Assembly: GCA_963707915.1 (NCBI GenBank)
Contig: OY970178.1
Span: forward strand, 2,198,103 to 2,262,102
Direction of reading: 5' to 3'
DNA: 64,000 nucleotides
From: Candidatus Eiseniibacteriota bacterium
GTDB taxonomy: Bacteria > Eisenbacteria > RBG-16-71-46
Below are positions 57,054 to 64,000 of this stretch, in pieces. Below the pieces are notes generated by a model. It had not been told where the DNA came from. It did no database searches and saw only the letters and a list, made by a program, of their open reading frames with translations. The translations under genes were made by a program, and so were the position numbers. Numbering within the stretch: position 1 is the first letter of the stretch; every line of letters starts with the position of its first letter.

Positions 57054-57766
57054 ACCCCACCCTCGTCCTCGCCACGCTGCGGCAGCGCTTCACCAGCCCC
57101 ATTCGGCTCGTCATCGTGCTGCTGTTCGGCTGGATGCCGATGCTCCCGCTCCTGCTCGCGCCGCGCGCCGGGTTCGCCGTGCTCGGCGACGGCTACTTCA
57201 TCGCGCTGGCGCTGGCCGCCGGCATGATCGGCCAGGACCTCTCCTCGGGCACGCTGCAGCTGCTGCTGGCGCGGCCGGTGACGCGGGCCCAGTACGTCTT
57301 CAGCCGCTGGGCCGCCGTCGCCGCCGGGACCTTCGCGATCGCCGTGCTGCAGGCGATCGTCGCGGCGCTCATCATGGCGCTGCGCGGCGTCCCGGTGCCG
57401 TGGGACCAGGCCGCGCGGTTCCTGGCGAACGACGCCCTGCTGGCGCTCGGCACCGCCGCCGTCATGGCGTTGCTCTCGTCGTTGGCCGCGGGGATCGGCG
57501 ACCTGGGACTGCTGTTCACGATCTTCCTCTCGGCGCAGGTGCTGCAGAAGGTGGGCGAGCTCAAGTCGTGGGACTGGCTCGCGCGCGGCGCCGCGGAGGT
57601 GCTGAGCGCACTCAAGCCGGAGATCGACCTGGCGCCGCTCTTCCAAGGCGGCGAGGTCGGCTGGCTCGCGGTGGTGTCCTATCTCTCGACCGTGGCGCTC
57701 TGCCTCGGACTCGCCGTGGTGGTGATGAACCGCCGGGAGCTGTCCTATGCCTCCTCCGGGAGCTGA
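57050..57766 (+). CDS. ABC-2 type transporter permease
   Basis: The GTG overlaps the ATPase stop. It is 238 aa with 6 TM helices. Confidence 0.75.
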   Translation: MNPTLVLATLRQRFTSPIRLVIVLLFGWMPMLPLLLAPRAGFAVLGDGYFIALALAAGMIGQDLSSGTLQLLLARPVTRAQYVFSRWAAVAAGTFAIAVLQAIVAALIMALRGVPVPWDQAARFLANDALLALGTAAVMALLSSLAAGIGDLGLLFTIFLSAQVLQKVGELKSWDWLARGAAEVLSALKPEIDLAPLFQGGEVGWLAVVSYLSTVALCLGLAVVVMNRRELSYASSGS

Positions 57767-58334
57767 CCGGGCGGACGCCGTGCCTCCGCGCCGCGCGAGC
57801 TCGACCCGGCGCGACCCGGCGCTGCTGCTCGCCGTCGCCGCGCTGCTGCTGGTGCTGCGCATCGCCGGCGGCATCCACGACGCGCGCCGGAACGCGCCCG
57901 CGCCCGGGGGCGCGCCGTCGGGCGCCGACGCGGTGCGGTGGCGTACGCTCGCGGCGGGCGTCGCGGAATCCCGCGCGACCGGCCGGCCCATCCTCTACGA
58001 CTTCACCGCCGAGTGGTGCCCGCCGTGCCGGGCGATGCAGCGCCAGGTCTTCGCGGACCCGGAGGCCGTGGCGGAGATCGAGAGCCGGTTCGTGCCGGTG
58101 CGCGTGCTCGACCGCCAGCGCGAGGCGGGGCGCAACACCCCCTGGGTGGACTCGCTCCAGGCGCGCTACCGGGTGAGCTCGTTCCCGACGCTGGTCGTGG
58201 CCGGCGCAGACGGCCGCGAGGCATTGCGCCTCGAGGGCTTCATGGGGCGCGATCTCACCCTGGGACAACTGCGCGGCACGGGCGTGAGCCTGCGCTGGGG
58301 CGTGACCGGGCAGGCAGCGCCGGCCGGCCGCTGA
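57747..58334 (+). CDS. Membrane-anchored thioredoxin-like protein (WCPPC active site)
   Basis: 195 aa with an N-terminal TM anchor and a thioredoxin fold carrying WCPPC. It overlaps the permease 3' end by 20 nt. Confidence 0.75.
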   Translation: MPPPGADRADAVPPRRASSTRRDPALLLAVAALLLVLRIAGGIHDARRNAPAPGGAPSGADAVRWRTLAAGVAESRATGRPILYDFTAEWCPPCRAMQRQVFADPEAVAEIESRFVPVRVLDRQREAGRNTPWVDSLQARYRVSSFPTLVVAGADGREALRLEGFMGRDLTLGQLRGTGVSLRWGVTGQAAPAGR

Positions 58335-58394
58335 GGCTCGCGCCAAGGGGGGCGCGGCCGAAGCCACGCCCCCCGGGACATCGACGGCGGACGA

Positions 58395-60506
58395 TCAGCG
58401 GGGAGCGGCGCCCGGCGCCCCGCCCAGCTGCTTCCACAGGAACGTGTAGGCCAGCGCCGCCATGAACGCGCGCTGCGTGTTGTTCGCCGCGCCCGCGTGC
58501 CCGCCCTCGACGTTCTCGTAGTAGAGCACGTCGTGCCCCTGCTCCTTCATCCGCGCCACCATCTTGCGCGCGTGGCCCGGGTGCACGCGGTCGTCGCGCG
58601 TCGAGCTGGTGAACAGCGTGCGCGGGTACTTCACGCCCGGCTTCACGTTCTGGTACGGCGACCAGGTGCGGATGAACTTCCACTGCGCCGGGTCGTCCGG
58701 GTCCCCGTACTCGCCCATCCACGACGCCCCGGCCAGCAGCTTGTGGTAGCGCCTCATGTCGAGCAGGGGCGCCTGGCAGACGACCGCCCCGAACAGGTCG
58801 GGGCGCATGGTCAGCATGTTGCCCACCAGCAGCCCGCCGTTGGAGCCACCGATGCAGCCCAGCCGCTTCGGCGTCGCCACGCCGCGCCGGATCAGGTCCT
58901 CGGCCACCGCGATGAAGTCCTCGTAGACCCGGTGGCGGTCGGCCTTCACGCCGGCCTGGTGCCACCGCGGGCCGAACTCGCCGCCACCGCGGATGTTCGC
59001 CACCACCAGCACGCCGCCGCGCTCGAGCCAGCCGGCGCCGCGCGTGCCGTTGTAGGCCGGCAGTTCGGAGACCTCGAAGCCGCCGTACCCGGTGAGCAGC
59101 ACCGGCGCGGTCCCCCTGCCGTCCGCCTTCGCCGGCCCGACCTCGAAGTACGGGATCCGCGTGCCGTCCTTCGAGACCGCCTCGTGCTGGCTGACCGTGT
59201 CGCGGCTGGCGTCGAAGAACGCCGGGCTCTGCTTGAGCTTCTCGGCCGGGCCTCCGCCGACGGTACCCAGCGACAGGCTGCCCGGGGTGAGGAAGTCGGT
59301 GATCGTCAGCCAGAAGTCGTCGGACTCGCGCGGATCGACCGGCGAGACGCCGATGCTCCCGTACTCCGGGAGCCCCGGCAGCGCGGAGCGCGACCAGGCC
59401 CCGTCCGCGTGACGCACCGCGTAGACCCGGCTGCGGACGTTGTCGAGCACCTCGAGCAGGACCGCGCTCCGGGTGGTCGACCAGCCGTCGAGCGAGCTGC
59501 GCTCGGTGGGCGCGAACAGGACGTCGAACTCGCGCTTGCCGCCCAGGAAGTCCTCGAAGCGGGTCGCGAGGAGCGCGCCCGACGGATAGGTCCTTCCGCC
59601 CACGCTCCAGTCGGTGCGCAGCTTGATGATCAGCCACTCGCGGAAGGCCCCCGCCTCGGCATCGTCCGGCTTCTCGATCCGGATCAGACGCCCGTCGCGG
59701 CGCAGGAACTGCTCGTTCGTGTAGGTGGTGATCCCGCGGTAGACGAAGTCACGCTCGAACCCGGGCGTGTCGTCGTGCCCCGCGCCGACGCCCACGTCGC
59801 CGGGCTGGCCCTCGTACACCAGGGTGGCGGCCGAGAGCGGGGTGCCGCGCCGCCATTCCTTCACGACCCGTGCGTAGCCCGACGTCGTCATGGTGGAGGA
59901 GTCGAAGGCGAAGCCGACGTAAAGGCGGTCCGGGTCGATCCACGAGGCGTCGCTCTTGGACTCGGGGAGCGCGAAGCCGTCCGGCACGAAGGCGCCGGTC
60001 ACGAGGTCGAACTCGCGCACCGCGGTGGCGTCGGCGCCGCCGCGCGACAGGCGGACCAGGCAGCGGCGGTACTCGGGCGCGACCGCCGAGGCCCCCTCCC
60101 AGACCCAGTTCTGGCCCTCGGCCTTCGCCAGGGAGTCCACGTCGATCACGGTCTCCCACGCCGGCGCGGCCTTGCGGTACTCGTCGAGCGTGGTGCGGCG
60201 CCAGATGCCGCGCTCGTGCTGCGAGTCGCGCCAGAAGTTGTAGTGGCGGGCACCGATCTTCTCGACGGCGGGGATGCGGGCGTCGGAGTTCAGGATGGCC
60301 AGGAAGCGCGCGTCCATCGCCTTGAACTCCGCCGAGCCAGCCAGTTCGCCCACGCTCTCCTGGTTCTGGCGGGCCACCCAGTCGAGCGCCTTCTTCCCGG
60401 TCACCTCCTCGAGCCAGAGTCCGGGATCGGCGGCCGGCGCGGCGACCGCCGTCCCCAGCGGAAGCAGCGAGGCCAGCATGGACAGCACCACGAGCTTCAT
60501 CACCAT
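58395..60506 (-). CDS. Prolyl oligopeptidase family (S9A) serine peptidase, secreted
   Basis: ATG at 60506 with a GGAGG RBS and a signal peptide. It has an N-terminal beta-propeller and a C-terminal alpha/beta hydrolase with GGSNGG (catalytic Ser), Asp and His (GGHAG). Confidence 0.85.
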   Translation of the reverse strand: MVMKLVVLSMLASLLPLGTAVAAPAADPGLWLEEVTGKKALDWVARQNQESVGELAGSAEFKAMDARFLAILNSDARIPAVEKIGARHYNFWRDSQHERGIWRRTTLDEYRKAAPAWETVIDVDSLAKAEGQNWVWEGASAVAPEYRRCLVRLSRGGADATAVREFDLVTGAFVPDGFALPESKSDASWIDPDRLYVGFAFDSSTMTTSGYARVVKEWRRGTPLSAATLVYEGQPGDVGVGAGHDDTPGFERDFVYRGITTYTNEQFLRRDGRLIRIEKPDDAEAGAFREWLIIKLRTDWSVGGRTYPSGALLATRFEDFLGGKREFDVLFAPTERSSLDGWSTTRSAVLLEVLDNVRSRVYAVRHADGAWSRSALPGLPEYGSIGVSPVDPRESDDFWLTITDFLTPGSLSLGTVGGGPAEKLKQSPAFFDASRDTVSQHEAVSKDGTRIPYFEVGPAKADGRGTAPVLLTGYGGFEVSELPAYNGTRGAGWLERGGVLVVANIRGGGEFGPRWHQAGVKADRHRVYEDFIAVAEDLIRRGVATPKRLGCIGGSNGGLLVGNMLTMRPDLFGAVVCQAPLLDMRRYHKLLAGASWMGEYGDPDDPAQWKFIRTWSPYQNVKPGVKYPRTLFTSSTRDDRVHPGHARKMVARMKEQGHDVLYYENVEGGHAGAANNTQRAFMAALAYTFLWKQLGGAPGAAPR

Positions 60507-60705
60507 CGGAACCTCCGTTCGGGACGCGCCACGCGATCACGGTACGCACTCGGAATCCCGCGTCACCTTACCGGGGAACGGCGGTTCGCGCGAACCGCGT
60601 CGGTGGTCCCGGTGCCCGTGCGGGGCGGCGCGCACCGTCGCCGGGGGTTCCCGTCCCGGTGCCCGCGCGGGGCCGCGAGGTGGCCGCGTCCGCGACCGGC
60701 GCCGG

Positions 60706-61569
60706 TCAGCCCGGCAGGTTCACGGCGCGCGGCGCGAGCACCACGGGCCCGCCGTCGGGCGCATCAGCGAAGCGGCCGATGATGCGGGCGAGCTCGTCCG
60801 GGCGATCGAGCATCACGAAGTGGCCGCAGCCGTCCACGCGCACCGCGCGCACGCGGGGTACCGCTCCGAACCCGAGCACCGCCGCGGTCTCCACCCAGGG
60901 CTCGCCCTTCGGCCACGAGCGCGGCGCGAGCACCGCGAGCACGGGGCAGCGCATCCGGGCCACGCGCGTCGTGAGGTCGGTCGCGAGCGCGAGGCGGATC
61001 CAGGGCCGGACGACCGCGGGATCCAGCGCCGCCACCTGGCGGTAGAGCGCATCGCCCTGCGCGGAGTCCCGCCCGAGCGCGGCACAGACCTGGCGCAGCG
61101 TGCCCCGGTAGTCGCCGTCGAGTCCGGCCCGGCGCTCCGTCCACGAGGCCTGCGGCCGCAGGGCCGTCTCGATCAGCACCAGCGCGCGCACCCGGCCCGG
61201 GCGCGCGCAGGCCTCGGCCGCGGCCACCAGCCCGCCGAGCGAGTGCGCCACGAGCACGACCGGCTCCCGCGAGACCCGCGCGAGCGCCAGGTCGAGCGTC
61301 CGGGTCGCGCTCCCGAGCGAGAGCCGCCCGGGCACCGCGCCGCCCCCCTGGCCCGGCAGGTCCACGAACACGACCCGGTGCTGCCGGGCGAGGATCCGCG
61401 CGGTGGGCAGCCAGCGCCCGGTGTCGCCGCCCGGCCCGCGCACGATGACGATCGCCGGACCCTGGCCGAACGCGGCCGCCAGCGGCGCCGAGCGCGGCGC
61501 GACGACGCGGGCGCCGAACAGGACCAGCGCCAGCGCGGAAGCGAGCAGGACACGGGCTCGAAGGGGCAT
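60706..61569 (-). CDS. Alpha/beta hydrolase
   Basis: ATG at 61569, 287 aa, with a signal peptide, the HSLGG nucleophile elbow, and a C-terminal GCGHFVMLDRPDE motif. The 839-aa track ORF is an over-extension. Confidence 0.75.
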   Translation of the reverse strand: MPLRARVLLASALALVLFGARVVAPRSAPLAAAFGQGPAIVIVRGPGGDTGRWLPTARILARQHRVVFVDLPGQGGGAVPGRLSLGSATRTLDLALARVSREPVVLVAHSLGGLVAAAEACARPGRVRALVLIETALRPQASWTERRAGLDGDYRGTLRQVCAALGRDSAQGDALYRQVAALDPAVVRPWIRLALATDLTTRVARMRCPVLAVLAPRSWPKGEPWVETAAVLGFGAVPRVRAVRVDGCGHFVMLDRPDELARIIGRFADAPDGGPVVLAPRAVNLPG

Positions 61570-61722
61570 GCTTCTCCGGGACGCCCCGCGGCCGTGCGGG
61601 GCACTCTCCCAGTATCGGTCCGTGACCGGTCCGGCTGAAGGCCGGAGGCGCCCGGCCCACCCGACATCCAGTTCCGATAACGTCCGATGATGGGGGCGCG
61701 GCTGTGGTAGAAAGGGGGCCTG

Positions 61723-63249
61723 ATGCTCGACGACCTGGCCTGCTACCGCGCGTTCACCAGCCGCGACCGCCGTTTCGACGGCCGCTTCGTGACGGCCGTG
61801 CTCACGACCGGCGTCTACTGCCGGCCGGGCTGCCCGGCGCGCCGGCCGGCGCGGCGCAACGTGCGCTTCTTCGCCTGCCCGGCGGCCGCCGAGAGCGCCG
61901 GCTTTCGCCCCTGCCTGCGCTGCCGGCCGGAGACCGCGCCCGGCAGCCCCGCCGGCTCCGGCACGTCGGCGACCGTGGCCCGGGCGTTGCGGCTGATCGA
62001 CGAGGGAGCGCTGGACCGGGCGGGCGTCGAGCCGCTCGCCGCGCGGCTCGGCGTGACCGGGCGCTGGCTGCGCCGGCTGTTCGCCGGGCAACTCGGCGCC
62101 TCGCCGCTCGCGGTGGCCCGGACGCGCCGGGTGCACTTCGCGCGGCGCCTGCTCGACGAGACCGACCTGCCGGTCGCCGAGGTGGCGTTCGCGTCCGGCT
62201 TCGGCAGCGCGCGGCGCCTGCACGACGCGATCCGCGCCACGTTCCGCCGCGCGCCGCGCGAACTGCGCCGGCGGACGGCGGCCCGCCGCGGAACCACGGG
62301 CGCCGGTGAGCGGGCGGGCGCCGCGTCCGCCACGACCCGCCCGTTCCCGGACGGCGACACGCTCGAGCTGAGGCTGCCGGCCCGGCCGCCGTTCGACGCC
62401 GGGCCGCTGCTGCGCTTCTTCGCCGCGCGGGCGCTGCCCGGCGTCGAGGAGGTCGCGGACGGCGTCTACCGCCGCAGCGTGCGGCTCGGAGACGAATCCG
62501 GCGTGGTGGAGGTCCGGGCCGTGCCCGGCGAGGCGGGCGTGCGCGTGCGCTGGCCCGCCGGGTCGTCGCGTCCGCTGCTCACGCTGGCGGGCCGCGCGGG
62601 CCGCCTGTTCGATCTCGCGGCGGACGCCGGCGCGATCCGCGCGCACCTGCGGCGCGATCCCGTGCTCGCGGCTGCGATCCCCCCGGCCGGGATCCGCGTG
62701 CCCGGCGCCTGGGACCCGTTCGAGCTCGGCGTGCGCGCCCTGCTCGGCCAGCAGGTCTCGGTCGCGGCGGCGCGCACGCTCGCGGCCCGTCTCGTCGGGC
62801 TGTGCGGAGCGCCGCTGCCCGGCGGGCCGCGGGGAACCCTCACGCACCTGTTCCCCACGCCGGCGGCCGTCGCCGCCGCGGACCTGCCGCGCATCGGGCT
62901 GACGCGCGCGCGCACCGCGGCGCTGCGGGGGTTCGCGGCCGCGGTCGACCGCGGCGAACTCGACCTGGCCGTGGCCGCGAGCCTCGACGAGCAGGTGGCG
63001 CGGCTCACCGCGCTGCCCGGCATCGGGGAGTGGACGGCGCACTACGTCGCCATGCGCGCGCTCGGCGATCCCGACGCGTTCCCGGCCGGCGACCTGGGAC
63101 TGCGGCGCGCGCTCGGACGCGGCGGCCGGCTCGCCACGCCCCGCGAGGTCACCCGGCACGCCGAACGCTGGCGGCCCTGGCGCGCCTACGCCGTGATCGC
63201 CCTGTGGACGAAGGACGCCGCGCAACCCGCAACCAGGAGGAGACCATGA
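61723..63249 (+). CDS. alkA: Ada N-terminal Zn-domain/AraC HTH regulator fused to an AlkA-type DNA-3-methyladenine glycosylase II
   Basis: 508 aa with an N-terminal Ada metal-binding domain (YCRPGCPAR...CLRCRP), an AraC-type HTH, and a C-terminal HhH-GPD glycosylase (LTALPGIGEWTAHYVAMRALGDPDAFPAGD, catalytic Asp). Confidence 0.85.
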   Translation: MLDDLACYRAFTSRDRRFDGRFVTAVLTTGVYCRPGCPARRPARRNVRFFACPAAAESAGFRPCLRCRPETAPGSPAGSGTSATVARALRLIDEGALDRAGVEPLAARLGVTGRWLRRLFAGQLGASPLAVARTRRVHFARRLLDETDLPVAEVAFASGFGSARRLHDAIRATFRRAPRELRRRTAARRGTTGAGERAGAASATTRPFPDGDTLELRLPARPPFDAGPLLRFFAARALPGVEEVADGVYRRSVRLGDESGVVEVRAVPGEAGVRVRWPAGSSRPLLTLAGRAGRLFDLAADAGAIRAHLRRDPVLAAAIPPAGIRVPGAWDPFELGVRALLGQQVSVAAARTLAARLVGLCGAPLPGGPRGTLTHLFPTPAAVAAADLPRIGLTRARTAALRGFAAAVDRGELDLAVAASLDEQVARLTALPGIGEWTAHYVAMRALGDPDAFPAGDLGLRRALGRGGRLATPREVTRHAERWRPWRAYAVIALWTKDAAQPATRRRP

Positions 63250-63758
63250 CGATCGAGACGGCTGTCGTGCAGACCCCGCTCGGGCCGGTGACGCTCTACG
63301 CCCGGGACGGCGCGCTCGTCGGCCTGGAATTCACCGACCGGGTCGCGCGGCGGCGCGCGCTGGAGCGGCGGCTGCGGCGCCACCTCGGGCCGTTCGAGAT
63401 GCGGGAGGTCCGCGATCCCGCCGGCGCCCGCGCCCGGCTCGCGGCCTACTTCGCGGGCGAGCGCGGCGCCCTCGCCGGCCAGAAGGTCGAGCTGCACGGC
63501 ACGTCGTTCCAGCTCGCCGTGTGGCGCGAGCTGCGCCGCATCCCGCCCGGCCGCACGCTCAGCTACGCCGCGCTCGCGGCCCGCGTCGCCCGGCCGCGCG
63601 CCGTCCGCGCGGCGGGACAGGCGAACGGGAGCAACCCGGTCTCGCTGTTCGTGCCGTGCCACCGCGTGATCGCCGCGGACGGCGGGCTGGGCGGATACGG
63701 CGGCGGGCTGGAGCGCAAGCGCAGGCTGCTCGCGCTCGAGGGACTGACCCTGGCGTGA
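63246..63758 (+). CDS. ogt: Methylated-DNA--protein-cysteine methyltransferase
   Basis: The ATG overlaps the alkA stop (ATGA) and follows a GGAGGAG RBS. It is 170 aa with the active site PCHRV. Confidence 0.9.
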   Translation: MTIETAVVQTPLGPVTLYARDGALVGLEFTDRVARRRALERRLRRHLGPFEMREVRDPAGARARLAAYFAGERGALAGQKVELHGTSFQLAVWRELRRIPPGRTLSYAALAARVARPRAVRAAGQANGSNPVSLFVPCHRVIAADGGLGGYGGGLERKRRLLALEGLTLA

Positions 63759-63761
63759 GGC

Positions 63762-63815
63762 CCCGGCGCTCCGGGCGGGACACCCGCGTGCAGCGCGGGC
63801 CCGCCCGGAGCGCCG
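63762..63815. repeat. 54-nt near-perfect palindrome (17-bp arms with a nested 6-bp hairpin) between convergent genes
   Basis: CCGGCGCTCCGGGCGGG (63762-63778) pairs perfectly with CCCGCCCGGAGCGCCGG (63799-63815). The loop contains CCCGCG-tgcag-CGCGGG. There is no T-tract. Confidence 0.5.
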
Positions 63816-63856
63816 GGAGACCGGCCGCGAACCGGCGGACCCGCGCCGGCCGGCGG

Positions 63857-64000
63857 CTACTTCCGCTTCGCCGCCAGCGCCCGGACCGTGAAGTCCGCGA
63901 TGACCGCGGCCAGCGTGTCGGGCTGGTCCTGCATCACGAGGTAACCGGCGTTGGTGATGCGCCGCATCGGGACCGCGGTCGTGTCCTCGAAGCCGAGCGC
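63857..64000 (-). CDS. Alpha/beta hydrolase, C-terminal fragment (the gene continues beyond the window end)
   Basis: The reverse complement reads ...ALGFEDTTAVPMRRITNAGYLVMQDQPDTLAAVIADFTVRALAAKRK*, a typical hydrolase C-terminal helix after the catalytic His region. Confidence 0.55.
   Translation of the reverse strand, partial: ALGFEDTTAVPMRRITNAGYLVMQDQPDTLAAVIADFTVRALAAKRK

Noticed and set aside
58341-58358. A small hairpin CGCGCC-aagggg-GGCGCG between the convergent thioredoxin-like and S9 peptidase genes
   Set aside because: It is a plausible bidirectional terminator, but the stem is short, no U-tract follows, and it cannot be distinguished from background GC palindromes.
58395-60782. 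The + strand 761-aa ORF 58497..60782, the 29 further + strand track ORFs antisense to the pyr operon between 18617 and 24358, and many others of this type
   Set aside because: They are antisense to well-supported genes (the S9 peptidase and the pyr genes) and are compositionally aberrant. This is treated as a generic GC-artefact class.

Overview
The window is a 64 kb stretch of a very high-GC (roughly 70%) bacterial chromosome that is densely coding, with no rRNA, tRNA, CRISPR array or recognisable IS/transposon. The GC content, the many GTG/TTG starts with GGAGG-type ribosome-binding sites, and two secreted enzymes ending in a FlgD-Ig/T9SS-like sorting domain suggest a Gemmatimonadota-like or FCB-group organism; this is inference only. 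Because of the GC content, all six frames hold long spurious ORFs, including Arg/Glu-rich 'proteins' of 800-1150 aa antisense to real genes. I kept only ORFs with protein-like composition, recognisable family motifs, plausible starts with an RBS, and operon context, and I trimmed the track ORFs to their likely true starts. The main contents are: (1) a partial pepT, a C_GCAxxG protein, a pepsin-like/PDZ protease, an S41 peptidase with a frameshift, and a HisKA/OmpR two-component system; (2) a TatT/DctP/DctQM 'TPAT' TRAP transporter; (3) an AAA+ (Mg-chelatase/MoxR-like) ATPase, a SAM methyltransferase and a CoxE-like VWA protein; (4) a seven-gene translationally coupled pyrimidine operon, pyrC-E-F-B-I-D-K; (5) glcD, an unknown polytopic membrane protein and glcE, with glcF about 17 kb away overlapping a YcaQ-like glycosylase gene; (6) redox-repair genes: a signal-peptide Bcp-MsrB fusion, an fRMsr-like GAF protein and a thioredoxin-like protein with an ABC exporter; (7) an orphan TadE/TadE/TadG-VWA pseudopilin trio; (8) a metallophosphoesterase with a disrupted N-terminus and a BNR beta-propeller protein that share a C-terminal sorting domain and a 'GACCGCTAGAAT' upstream motif; (9) HU with a clear promoter and terminator; and (10) an Ada-AlkA fusion followed by Ogt and a 54-nt palindrome.
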